From Saccostrea cucullata (Eukaryota): DNA of 64,000 bases. The DNA lies in assembly GCF_032062105.1 (NCBI RefSeq), contig NW_026928121.1:124001-188000 (forward strand). Reading direction: 5' to 3'. Made by a program: the position numbers and the translations under genes. Positions 27,701 through 37,260 of this stretch are shown here, piece after piece. Each line of letters begins with the position of its first letter. Position 1 is the stretch's first letter. Below the pieces are notes generated by a model, which saw nothing but the letters and a program-made list of their open reading frames with translations, was not told the DNA's origin and made no database searches.

Positions 27701-27869
27701 TATCAGCGATGTAAGCTTCTTTGATATGTCGATGTAAAAAATTGACTACCAGGTACTTTTTTATTTTTAGAATTTGGAGATGATGTCACAAGAAATAGTG
27801 CGTCTGAGTAAAACACAGTCGAACAATGTTTCAACCGACCAATCAGGTGCTAGTGCAACAGGGTCATGA
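650..27869 (+). CDS. GRIPAP1: GRIP1-associated protein 1 (GRASP-1) orthologue, 3' part: join(650..745,1119..1265,1707..1820,2071..2214,3301..3375,4232..4288,4430..4529,4811..4862,5137..5203,9167..9277,10846..10939,11904..12055,27771..27869); 5' exons lie upstream of the window
   Basis: 13 exons, all with AG/GT boundaries, join in frame (1308 nt = 435 aa + stop). The coiled-coil peptide has motifs recognised from vertebrate GRIPAP1: AEKRKTMLDELA, AKSWLERRLKETE, LKDLKRQLVSERKRAEKLQDRLQ, QQEKWNLEEKVRHLE, MNRKLQNMLEETLTKNMHLQ, MSQEIVRLSK. Confidence 0.93.
791..1001. mobile_element. Tc1/mariner-type MITE
   Basis: TA-flanked TIRs TACTGTAAACAGGG...CCCTGTATACAGTA with internal GGGCGAA repeats. Confidence 0.75.
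1119..1265 (+). CDS. GRIPAP1: GRIPAP1 exon (VAEKRKTMLDELA...EAAEGEK)
   Basis: gtttAG acceptor and GTcagt donor at 1266 (alternative in-frame donor at 1293); AEKRKxMLDELA motif. Confidence 0.9.
1707..1820 (+). CDS. GRIPAP1: GRIPAP1 exon (SRGSELEK...AKSWLERRLKETE)
   Basis: AG acceptor and GTatgt donor, 114 nt; WxERRLKE motif. Confidence 0.9.
2071..2214 (+). CDS. GRIPAP1: GRIPAP1 exon (ETLQNHISENEKQ...HKAKIQ)
   Basis: tacAG acceptor and GTaggt donor, 144 nt of coiled-coil sequence. Confidence 0.85.
3301..3375 (+). CDS. GRIPAP1: GRIPAP1 exon (ECCDKEESLRQELSASQGEISKLKQ)
   Basis: gacAG acceptor and GT donor, 75 nt; ISxLKQ end matches the vertebrate protein. Confidence 0.82.
3680..3770 (-). mobile_element. 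3' remnant of the SINE family seen at 61307-61665
   Basis: (GATT)n tail plus GAGAATTTTTCAC...GACGCC...CCGGT shared with the full copy. Confidence 0.55.
4232..4288 (+). CDS. GRIPAP1: GRIPAP1 exon (EIKDGTEDKRLHEKKGQTM)
   Basis: ttgcAG acceptor and GTttgt donor, 57 nt; EKKG motif. Confidence 0.88.
4430..4529 (+). CDS. GRIPAP1: GRIPAP1 exon (LKDLKRQLVSERKRAEKLQDRLQEVLSENKMNK)
   Basis: ttAG acceptor and GTatgt donor, phase 0/1; highly conserved LKDLKRQL..ERKRA motif. Confidence 0.92.
4811..4862 (+). CDS. GRIPAP1: GRIPAP1 exon (VEELLASNDGNESLDR)
   Basis: catAG acceptor and GTgaat donor, phase 1/2, keeps the frame. Confidence 0.85.
5137..5203 (+). CDS. GRIPAP1: GRIPAP1 exon (SLSSWSAGNSLVRDSSILSSPQ)
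   Basis: cacAG acceptor and GTagga donor, phase 2/0; Ser-rich linker ending SSPQ. Confidence 0.85.
8764..8866. repeat. Small foldback element with 20 bp perfect inverted arms
   Basis: TGGGGCGCATTCCTCTCGGA (8764-8783) / TCCGAGAGGAATGCGCCCCA (8847-8866). Confidence 0.8.
9167..9277 (+). CDS. GRIPAP1: GRIPAP1 exon (SPDKSFG...LLARLTDVQQEKWNLEEK)
   Basis: gacAG acceptor and GTaaaa donor, 111 nt; QQEKWxLEEK motif. Confidence 0.92.
9685..10690 (+). mobile_element. Penelope-like retroelement 3' fragment (RT thumb and 3' module), interrupted by a MITE
   Basis: DKRDDF...SPAYEVYISQLIQYVRAC...LTNKLMK, resuming after 10477 with FYGR-like sequence and the shared 3' module. Confidence 0.8.
9891..10476. 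mobile_element. MITE with 15 bp TIRs (possibly Kolobok/TTAA-type), nested in the PLE fragment
   Basis: AAAGAGCCAGAGCCA ... TGGCTCTTGCTCTTT (1 mismatch); splits collinear PLE sequence. Confidence 0.7.
10846..10939 (+). CDS. GRIPAP1: GRIPAP1 exon (VRHLETSNAAMAEDLIQKSQIIQHYVMEQRR)
   Basis: gtcAG acceptor and GTggga donor, phase 0/1; MAEDL..KS.II..YVM motif. Confidence 0.92.
11174..11351. mobile_element. pogo/Tigger-like MITE
   Basis: TA|CAGTAAAACTCG ... CGAGTTTTACTG termini. Confidence 0.7.
11904..12055 (+). CDS. GRIPAP1: GRIPAP1 penultimate exon (...NLKEMNRKLQNMLEETLTKNMHLQE)
   Basis: tgcAG acceptor and GTaaga donor, phase 1/0. Confidence 0.93.
12866..14834 (+). mobile_element. Helentron/HINE-type element with ~165 bp tandem array and a probable ~1 kb internal insertion (~13640-14630)
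   Basis: 5' TTTTAGGTCACCTGAG-TAAA-CTCAGGTGACCT palindrome; repeats CTCTACCAAAATTGTGAA..GGGGTCAGGGGTTCT; 3' CTCAGGTGACC, GGCCCGTGGGCC hairpin and TCTTGTT. Confidence 0.8.
15641..16674. mobile_element. Non-autonomous mariner-like element
   Basis: TA-flanked ~28 bp TIRs TGAGGTTTGTTCGAAAAGTTCGTGGAC / GTCGACGAACTTTTTCGAACAACCCTCG, resembling irritans-group (HSMAR2-like) mariner ends; no intact transposase. Confidence 0.7.
17110..17872 (+). mobile_element. Helentron/HINE-type element with 156 bp array (diverged copy of the 35073-36259 family)
   Basis: AGCTCTAC head, GTCC/GTCT microsatellite, AAATGCTACTCC..CTACAGTTTT repeats, ACCAGTAGAGCT tail. Confidence 0.78.
21541..22004 (-). mobile_element. 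DINE-1/HINE-like element
   Basis: Minus-strand head TTATACCCCCGC, CCGTCCGTCTG microsatellite, two ~174 bp units (CCCAAAATATGT.TCAGATCAA); related to 36981-37260. Confidence 0.6.
22822..23228. mobile_element. hAT-family MITE
   Basis: TIRs TAGGGATG...CATCCCTA, perfect 8 bp TSD ATAATTCC (22814-22821 and 23229-23236), subterminal CGATA/TATCG motifs. Confidence 0.92.
25960..26600 (+). repeat. Dispersed repeat, paralogous to ~33990-34340
   Basis: Collinear blocks TTCAAAATCAGTTTA, GCACAAAA.CAGT, ACTTTGACCC, TTTTGAGGATATATT, AGTGTTGGAT in both copies. Confidence 0.7.
26217..26518. mobile_element. TTAA-target MITE (Kolobok-like GG...CC ends)
   Basis: TTAA|GGACAGATGATACAAA ... TTTGTAACATCAGTCC|TTAA; the paralogous host repeat has a single TTAA at 34255-34258. 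Confidence 0.85.
27060..27635. mobile_element. Repeat element with a 108 bp terminal hairpin (possibly a non-autonomous Crypton-like element)
   Basis: 45 bp arms 27060-27104 / 27123-27167 with 1 mismatch; AACCAATCAGATTT...AAAGTATAATAA end; family assignment is from recall only. Confidence 0.5.
27771..27869 (+). CDS. GRIPAP1: GRIPAP1 terminal coding exon (NLEMMSQEIVRLSKTQSNNVSTDQSGASATGS*)
   Basis: Poly-T tract plus AG at 27769-70; SQEIVRLSK matches the vertebrate C-terminus; TGA at 27867-69. Not in the ORF track. Confidence 0.9.
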   Translation, partial: NLEMMSQEIVRLSKTQSNNVSTDQSGASATGS

Positions 27870-29193
27870 CCCTAGAGTCATGAGGTGCAATAGAACATTA
27901 TGTATGATTGAATGATCTTGTACATGTATGATGTGAGTTAAAGGCTTGGAAATATAAGTGCTACTGTTAAAAAGTTAAAGAAATGTGTTGTGCATGTTAT
28001 AAAATTTTTAAAAATGTAATACAGTGTTTTTAAACTGTTTGATATTTATATTTTAGTTGTGGGTTGCAGTTTAGAATAACCGATTTTTGAGTTTAATTAT
28101 TATAAACTTATTTTCTATATGTTTAAATGTAAAAATGTAATAAATCCTCAGCTGTTCTCAATTTTTCTTCAGTCCAAATTTGAATTATAAATAATTCAAT
28201 ATTCTATTTATAGGATACAAAAATTGGAGGATTGAACAAAAAGATAGAAAAAAAAACAGTAAATTATTGGTATAGGAATTTTTTTTTAATTTGGTTCGCA
28301 TTGCATCAATAAGAGGGATACTGGGGATAATATTAATTGTCAAATGTAATTAGAAGAGATCCTTCTCTCTTTTTAATCCCCCCTAAAAATAAACTGAATT
28401 ATCTGTGAATATAGCAAATAATATTAAGCATTATATTTAAGAAAACAAGAAATCTGAGAGCCAGTTTTGTCAAAATTTTAAACATATCGAGTCTTGTTGA
28501 ATGCATTTGCTTCAAAACTTGCAGTTTTGTGTAATACATGCATTTAAAAATTCAAAAATATGATGAAATTTATTTCTTTATAAAAATTACTAGTTTTTGA
28601 AAAAGTTTTTATAATAGTTCTTTGTTATTTTATTGAGTAGCGTTCCGTATCTTCACTTTTGACTTGAGTCTGTTCACAGTATAGTGTCTTAGGGCCAGCC
28701 CTGAACCAGTTCTGGGATCGTGGAACAACTTGTTTTGAGCTTATCAAAATATTTACCTTTGCCCAAAAATATTTCAAATGTAAGCTTAATTTTTTAATTT
28801 GCAGGCAATAAAACTTCAGTGATTTAGTTTTCACTTTTGTTTTATTCTGTACCCGTTGACGTCGATTTTCATGAATAGCACGAGGAAAACTTTGAAATAA
28901 TTTTTTTTTTCATGATTCATATCACTGAAGAGTTAACATATATTATTGCTGGCTTTCAGGTCGAAAGCAAGAATTATTGTATGTTTATTACACTCCTTTG
29001 TTCTGCTTCTTTTTGTATGAGATTACATTACTGTTACATTTTTGAAGGAACACATCATTCCAGGTTAATGTTTCTCTATTTCCTTTCCTTGTTCATACAT
29101 GCAGTGTTTGAAATGAATGAGAATATATGTGCAGTATGGTTGCAGTCAATGATAAAAGAAATACTCTATATATAGTTATTTCAAAATTTAAAC

Positions 29194-29199
29194 AATAAA
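29194..29199 (+). terminator. Candidate GRIPAP1 polyadenylation signal (others at 28139 and 28388)
   Basis: AATAAA followed by U/GU-rich sequence, immediately before repeat DNA resumes. Confidence 0.4.
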
Positions 29200-29293
29200 A
29201 TCTTGTAAACTTAAGAAACTTTATTGTCATATTTTGTTAACATAAGGTTACCAACACTCACTTGTGCCTTTAGGATATCAAAGTTCTGTTACT

Positions 29294-30175
29294 AATGAAA
29301 TATATGGAGATAATGAACAATATTCAAACCTAAAAGTCCATTAAACAATACAAAATAGGAGCAGAGCAAAGATGTACCTCAAAAACATGACGTGGGATCA
29401 GGTGCCTTGGAGGAGAGAGCATCCCCTGCTGACCGGTCACAGCCGTCGAATGCTCCTTGTCATAACTGGAAAATAACGGAAAAGTCCGTCGACAATTCAG
29501 TGTGTAAATAATGGCCTAATAATAAGTATGAAAAATGTCAGTCGGCATTTGACGCAATGATACATTGTATTTGCCGACAAGGTCATTGTATCGACCATTG
29601 AACTTACAAATGATGACTTTAAACGAGATTGCTGGTATACTTGTTTCAGCAACTTGTTTGTCAATAACTGAAATTGTTGTAAAACTGTTTATTCGTAGAT
29701 CATTCTTTTGCATATCGAATCAACTGAAGATATAAACTCCATAGTGCAAGTGATGAAGGTTTATTGCTGCATAAGTAAGGGAAGCAGACAATTGAAAAGT
29801 AAAAGTCATCTCGTTTATCATAAAGCTTGGTTGTTAGATTACCATTAACGTCTTTTTCAAGTAAAATATATAAATATGAAACAGATGTGTAAGACTCTGC
29901 GGTATTATTTATTTCAAGCTCGATATAATATATTGTATCAACATAAGATTTGAAATAACCATTGTTAATTAACAGTACGTCGTCGATATATCAAAATATC
30001 GAGTTGAAGGCCACAGCAAGGGTCTTCTTTTCACGTATAAGATTCTGGACAAATTATTGGATTTCCAATGGACTTTCGGAAAACCCGGTCTCCAGAAATC
30101 ACAACCATATTTTCAATCAAAAACTCAACCATCTTTGTAATGTTATCGTCAGAGGACTTGTGTGGAGTACAATGT
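29294..30175 (-). mobile_element. Penelope-like retroelement fragment (RT through 3' module)
   Basis: Minus-strand degenerate RT: KMVEFLIEN, YIDDVL.INNGY, TKLYDKRDDF, GRYNDLVGKYNVSLRQMPTDIFHTY, then the 3' module. Confidence 0.85.
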
Positions 30176-30204
30176 ACAGAGGTCAGAATGTTTTTTAACA
30201 TTTA

Positions 30205-30539
30205 AAACGTTTAAAGTCATCATTTCGTTAGTTCTACGGTCGATACAATGACCATGTCAGAAAATACAATTTATCATTTATTCAAATGCTGACTGATTTT
30301 TTTCATACTTATCGTAAGTCCATTATTTACACACTAAATTGACGACGGATTTTCCGTTATTTCCTGATCATGACAAGGAGCACATGGCGGATGTGACCGG
30401 TCAGCAGGGGATGCTTATTCATCCATGGCACTTGATTCCATCTCTGATGTTTCTGAAGTCCGTGTTTGACCTCCTCCTATTTGTATCGTTTACTGGATTT
30501 TTTTTAGATTGAATACTGTTCGTTATCTCCATATCATTT
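30205..30539 (+). mobile_element. Penelope-like 3' segment, inverted relative to 29294-29630
   Basis: ~330 bp imperfect inverted repeat of the left arm. Confidence 0.85.
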
Positions 30540-31529
30540 AATTTCTATAAAATACTTGATTCTGATTGGATAAAGAATTCTTTTGATAACTGCATCAATA
30601 AAATCTAAGTTCGGATAGAACTATTTGACATCGGTACATGTGATTCCCCGCTTCCATTACTTTTTGAAGGAATAATTAAATACCTTTGCTTTAATAAATA
30701 TTTTCCTAATTTCGGAACCTGTCCGTAAGCTTCCTGACTTACATTTTACTTTCGTTTCATTTTGAATTATCTTTCTAAACAAATTAAAATCGTCTGCATG
30801 ACGACAATATACAGTTACGGGAATAAAGGGAAGAAATCGTTTAATTGGCATACTTTTCTTAAATGTTTGACTTTGAGATATCTGGTATGTAACAAAAACT
30901 CTGAAAAAATGTTTTATTATATATAAAGAGGGGAAAACCGAAAATCTGTTATCGTGGGAAACAATCGAGAAAAACGACACTGCATGAATTGAGGATGGAA
31001 TTCTTTAATCTTGAACTATCGGCAGCAGACTCTTTCAGGTATTACAGCATTGACAGGATAATACGTATTTATATATTCGGTTTGAAATTCAAATTTGGCA
31101 AATGAAATCCAAAATTTCTGAATGACGTAGAACTGTTAGGATATTTGAGTAGCTTTTTTATATTTACGAACTTAGATAACAGAAAATATTTTCAGAGGGG
31201 ATAACACAACATATTTTTTGTGTTAAAGAACTGTAAATTATTTTGGAGATGGTAATCACACCACAATATGATACGTTTTTCGTTAGCATGGTTAGAGCCA
31301 TTTTGAATTTTCAGCAACGTTAACGTTATGGTATGTATTCTGCGGACTGTTTTTGATACATAAATTTAATAGAAAATAAGAAACTTTAATTTTAATAATT
31401 TAAAATCATAATTAAATGAAAAATGTAATAATTTTTTCTTTAATCAATGGATCAAGAAAAATTTGAAAAACCAATGCGCTACGCGCATTTGAAGTTTTTT
31501 TTTTTTTTAATAAGAAAAAATTATTACAC

Positions 31530-31900
31530 ATGTAAATATTTCAATAAAGTAAATTTGAAAATGACCAATGAAAAAGATAGTAAATGTACGAGTTGCATTT
31601 TTATTGAAAAAGCAGATGTCAATAATTTCATAAGGTAATTCACATTCATTTTAGTTGTTTGAAGAATTTCATTCTTTGAAAGGGAGCTATGAGTATAAGA
31701 AGCATTTCCACTTGTAGAATTAAATCCAATTTCCTCTAAAATAAATTGTATATAATGAGCCTTACAATCAAAGACAAGGATGTTAACGGTATTCTTCGTC
31801 AGCAGGACCATTAAGTACTGATCGTGAACTTTTTTCTCACTTTTTGATTAATGAACGCAGAAGGGTAGAAGGTTTTTCATATTGCCTATCAAATTTTCAT
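31530..31900 (-). mobile_element. Degenerate Penelope-like RT N-terminal fragments
   Basis: ILVFDCKAHYIQFILEEIGFNSTSGNASY...SKNEILQ, plus a CFFNKN segment homologous to 40497-40600. Confidence 0.6.
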
Positions 31901-32289
31901 AAGTTTTGTATGTTAAAAATAATGTTTTATGAATTACAAATGTATTAATATTAGCTCGTGATCTGTAGCTCGCTGATCTAAAAACAGACTCTAAAAATTT
32001 TCAGACGACCTGAAAAAACTTTTTTTTACTTTTTTGATATTTTAATAAGAAAAATATTATTCACAAACATTTGAAAGGAAATGTAAATACTTAAGATACT
32101 TTGAAGAGAAATATATTTTTCTACATGAACAAATTTTCCTTCATGGGTGAGAAGTTTTAATCCGCTACTTGATAAGGTCATCATCTTGTCCAGCATTATA
32201 GTTTTGGTTGGAAGGGTTCGTTTTTGACTGACTTTGTTCATACCAATTGTTAAGCTTTTATTTTTTAAAAATACTGAAATTGATTAACT

Positions 32290-32445
32290 GATCAGTACAT
32301 AGGGCACACGGTGGTTATGACATGTCAACAGAGATGCTTACACCACCTCGGCTTCTGATCTCACCTCTGGAATTGGATGGTGGTTTTGTTTTATGCTTTT
32401 TGAAATATTTTTTATGATCGATCACTATCTATTTTCACCTTTTCC
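32290..32445 (+). mobile_element. Solo PLE 3' module (diverged)
   Basis: GGGCACACGG...GATGCTTAC...CTGATCTCACCTCTG. Confidence 0.55.
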
Positions 32446-33259
32446 ATTTTTATGAAGAATGTTATTCGCTCTAATAGGAAATTGGGATTAGATGTTCCCA
32501 TTTTTATCATGTTTTAAGAATATGAATTCAGCATTCAACAAACGGTAAAACAAAAATGTATCATTTATATGAAAGCACACGTACGTTGTTTGCTTAAGTG
32601 GTTTTGGCCAAAATTAAACATCAAGTATTTATAACAGTTCAGAAAAGTTACAGTTTTGTGAATAGGAAACACGAGATATTCCTAATATATCATTATACAT
32701 GAATGCAAAAGAAAATTAACATGTCACTTCTTCCAGTTTCTTTTTACAAGTATGAGAATCTACAAAACTAGGGAAAATAAGAGAGATACATGTATATAAA
32801 TTATACTATCTAGCATTGATAAAATGTTACTAGGCTACTGCCCTTTGATATGTTAAATGCAATCAATTATTTCCATTTTTTAGTCAACGTGTTTATAAAC
32901 TTTCTTTCCATATTAGAGCGAATTCGGAGAACATGCATGTAATGTTGCGTGATGATCTTCAGTCGCCAAGATACATTTATAAGCAACGCAATTTGGAGAA
33001 AATACAATTTGTATAGCTAAATTTAATAAATATATTTGTTTGAGTGCGTCTCGATCAGGCAAGATAGCTGATTATCTGCTGGTATATTGTATTATCAAAG
33101 AGTAATGGATACAAGTGAGAGAAACTAGCTCGGGGTTACCAACATTATAGCGATCGACTTGAAGAGACATTAGACATCATGAACACTTTTCCATGGACGC
33201 TTTATTAAGCATTATTTAAAACAGTCCATTTTAATAACTTTCTGGAAAATGCTTGAATG

Positions 33260-33432
33260 CACAGTATTCAAGCTTAAAAGTCCATTAAAAATACAAAACT
33301 TACAGCAAAGGCAACACAGACCTCTAAAACATCAAGGTGGGATCAGGTGCCATGGAGGAGTGAGCAATCCCTGCCGACCGGTCACACCCACCTTGGGCTC
33401 CTTGTCATGAACGGGATACAACTGAAAAATCC
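33260..33432 (-). mobile_element. Solo PLE 3' module
   Basis: GGGATCAGGTGCCATGGAGGAG..GCA..CCCTG.CGACCGGTCACAC on the + strand. Confidence 0.75.
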
Positions 33433-34395
33433 TTGAAGTACATGTATAGTTATTAGTCAAAGGAATAAGATAACAACAAAAAACTGTGTAAAATCTTTAA
33501 TTATATACTGGAATAAATAATTTTTTAACATTGATCATAAGTGTTTGATACATAATTTGAGATAAAGTAATTGATATTTTATTCTTGTTTTTCTGTATAG
33601 TTGAAAATGAAATAATTGATTTTGATAAATACAGGTACTGTATACTGTAAACTGTCCATTTTGTGAAAGAAGGGACTAATCAAGGACTGTAGGCCAAAGA
33701 TTAGCTCTTTCTCCGACAGAGTGGACAGTTTGCGGCCTTTCTTCTACTTAAAACATGAATTCATTTATTCTGAAAATTTAAAAAAAAAAGTACAAAACAG
33801 GGAGCACACAAGCAATGAAAAGTTTATTGTCAACAGAATGGACAGTTACAGGTAAGCTTGTGGTGCACAGCAATTTGATGAATAACCGATTGCGTTTCCA
33901 GATGCAAATAACAAAAAGTCTTCTTCGAAAGAATGGACAGTAACTAGTGGATTTCTGGGGATGCTAGTATATACATGTACGATATTAGTATTTTGATATA
34001 TTTATAGATATGCTACACTTCAAAATCAGTTTATGCTTTGCTTTGCAAGGGTAAACATGTTTCCCACCGATATAGACGAAATCGCATTGAAACAAGAGGA
34101 TGCACAAAACCAGTTATAATTGGACCTGGAAACAGGGAATAGTGACACTAGAAGAAGATATTATTCAAACTTTGACCCCCCCCCCCCCTCCAAAAAAAAA
34201 ATCTTGAACAGATAAAAATAATTCGAATTAATGCTGGAAATATTTTATATGAATTTAATTTTTGAGGATATATTAATTGCAGCAGTGTAATGGTGAAATG
34301 CAAACTGTGTTCCAAGTGTTGGATAACCATGAGCCAAAGTGGAAATATTTCACTTTAACACAACCATTTCCCACGATAAATAAAGTCCAGGCTTT

Positions 34396-34995
34396 TTGTT
34401 TACTGGAATTCCCTTGGGCACCAACTGGGCCCCGTTAGTACCTGTAGCAGACCTATTTTTTTATTCTTATGAAGCAGAATTTGTCCAAAATCTTATGCGT
34501 GAAAAAAAGAAAACACTTGCTGTGGCCTTCATCTCGATATTAAGATATATCGACGACGTATTGTCAATTAACATTGGTAATTTCCATTCTTATGTCGATA
34601 CGAAAAATTCTGGTGAGCTTGAGATAAAAGTTACCATCGAATCTGACATATCTATTTAAACATTTTACTTGAAAAAGACATCAATGGTTATCTAACAACC
34701 AAGCTTTATGATAAACGTGAAGAGTTTAAACTTTTCAGTCGTCTACTTCCCTTACTTATGAAGCAATATACATGTACCTTCATTACCTACACACGGGGTT
34801 TATACATGCATTTCTTGGTTGAAAACTCAAGAGCATAAGCTACGTATGAACAATTTCTAAAGCGAGGTAAATTATTTACAAACAAATTGCTGAAACAAGA
34901 ATATCAACAGTCATCATTTCGTAAGTTCTATGGTCGGTACAATGACCTTGTCAGCGAGTAGAATTTATCATTATATTTAATTATGACTGACAGGC
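34396..34995 (+). mobile_element. Penelope-like RT fragment (pseudogenised)
   Basis: GIPLGTNWAP..ADLFFYSYEAEF...RYIDDVLSIN...ELEIK, then TKLYDKR and KFYGRYNDLV with frameshifts. Confidence 0.88.
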
Positions 34996-35072
34996 GTTTT
35001 TTTTTTTCATAAAGCTTTATTTTCAAGCTTATCGGTTAATTGCCCTTACGTATAATTTAGCTAAAAGGTTTA

Positions 35073-36259
35073 TTTTTAGCTCTACTGGTCAGAGACCAGA
35101 AGAGCTTATGCGATGGTAATGCGTCCGTCGTCCGTCCGTCCGTCTGTCTGTCTGTCTGTCTGTAAACAATTTTTCAAAATGCTACTCCTCCTACAGTTTT
35201 GGTCCGATTTCAATATAACCTGGCACAAAAGTAGACTACACCAAGATACATAATTTTGTGCATCGGTTTATGATTTCGAAGAATGGTGTTGCCGTGGTTA
35301 CTAAATATAGAAATTTCTGTGAAATTCTTTCGAAATGCTACTCCTCCCACAGTTTTGGTCCAATTTCAATATTACTTGGCACACAAGTAGACTACACTAA
35401 GATACATAATTCTGTGCATGGGTTTTTGATTTCGATTAACGGTGTTGCCGTGGTTACTAAAAATAAAAATTTCTGTTAAATTCTTTCTAAATGCTACTTC
35501 TCCTACAGTTTTGGTCTAATTTCAATATAACTTGGCACACAAGTAGACTACACTAAGATACATAATTCTGTGCATTGGTTTTCGCTTTCGATGAACGGTG
35601 TTGCCATGGTTACTAAAAATAGAAATTTCTGAGAAATTCTTTTAAAATGCTACTCCTCCTACAGTTTTGGTCCGATTACAATATAATTTGGCACACAAGT
35701 AGACTATACTAAGATACATAATTCTGTGCATTGGTTTTTAGCTCTACTAGTCAGAGACCAGAAGAGCTTATGCAATAGTAAGGTGTCTGTCGTCCGTCCG
35801 TCTTTCTGTCTGTCTGTCTGTCTGTAAACAATTTTTCAAAATGCTACTCCTCCTACAGTTTTGGTCCGATTTCAATGTAACTTGGCACACAAGTAGACTA
35901 CACTAAGACACATAATTCTGTGCATCGGTTTTTGATTTCGATGAATGGTGTTGCCGTGGTTACTGAAAATAGAATTTTCTGTGAAATTCCTTTAAAACAC
36001 TACTCCTTCTACAGTTTTGGTCTGATTTCAATTTAACTTGGCACACAAGTAGACTACACTAAGATACATTAAATAGTGCATCGGTTTTTGATTTTGATGA
36101 ATGGTGTTGCCATTAGTACTAAAAATAGAAATGTCCGTGAAATTCCTTTAAAACATCACTCCTTCTACAGTTTTGGTCTGATTGCAATGGCTTCTTTTCT
36201 TATCCTTTGTTATAAGTACAAACCAGTAGAGCTACAGTCTCGACAGAGACTTCTGGTTT
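35073..36259 (+). mobile_element. Young Helentron/HINE-type composite: two heads (35073, 35736), 156 bp arrays and one 3' end
   Basis: 12 bp subTIR AGCTCTACTGGT/ACCAGTAGAGCT; (GTCC)n(GTCT)n; unit starts at 35181, 35337, 35493, 35649; AGTCTC-GACA-GAGACT terminal hairpin. Confidence 0.88.
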
Positions 36260-36980
36260 GATTACATATTAACAAGAAAAATTGATATTGGTACATCTGT
36301 ACACACAGTTTTTCAAACAAAGCAAGCTATTGATAAAGAAGTTAATGCTGCAAGGATATTAACAGCCCTGTTAAATGTCAAAATTTGGCAAATTATATGA
36401 TTGACAGAAAGACAATTATAGGAAATATAATAAAACATAAAAAAAAACAATCTTCAGAATATTTCCACTGAATAGTTCTATTTTTCAATATATTTTTCCT
36501 TTCCTTAACGCTGGTAAAATACTTGATTATCAAACTTTTGATTTTCATACATTCAAAGCTGTAGGCCTTTTGTACGCCCTTTTTCTATTTTTATATACTT
36601 AAAGGAATTTTATGGTAAATTAAAGGTTAATAACTTAAAAGATTTCCCATTGCTTTACCTCTTGGATCTGTAATAGAAAGCACTTTCTACGCAATAACCG
36701 AAAAACTTAAGATCATTCAGTGCATTACGATAGTATCTATCATGCTCTAGAAAAGTGCAGATGAATATGAGGAGAACAGAAGAAATTTATATTAACCGAT
36801 TTAAATCAATAATTTTTATTGTGGTAACAACATCAAGGGGTTAATTATAAATCCTCGTTCTCACTATGGGGAAAATAAGTTAGTATAATAATGATGTGGT
36901 ACCAAAACAGTCACATCCTGTAACTCAAATGTTGAGCGATAACAACAATGCTGATTAAAGTTTCTGTCACCGTTTTATTA

Positions 36981-37260
36981 TTATACCCCCGGTTGAAAAA
37001 GGGTACATGTATATAGTAATCGGGATGTCCGTTTGCGGTCCCGTCTGTCTGTACGTACGTCCGTCTGATACGCTTTGGGTACATTTACCTATCACGTATC
37101 CGCAATTCCTCTTATATCACTTAATGAAATTCAATGAAACTTTCAAAGAATCTTTATTACATAATTCCATTGTGCACCTTCTATCTTACTTTGGTGTCTT
37201 GATCCGACACGATATTTACCATATATTTACTATATTTCCATTACACTATGTGCACATACA
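36981..37260 (+). mobile_element. DINE-1/HINE-like 5' fragment
   Basis: TTATACCCCCG head, ATCGGGATGTCCGT and (CGTC) microsatellite. Confidence 0.55.

Noticed and set aside
32130-32250. Possible degenerate GIY-YIG tail (W..MMTL...GL) on the minus strand upstream of RT fragments
   Set aside because: Needs a frameshift and rests on few residues; cannot be supported without an HMM search
35181-36170. Regular repeats as a CRISPR array
   Set aside because: Units are contiguous 156 bp tandem copies with no unique spacers, inside Helentron termini in a eukaryotic context
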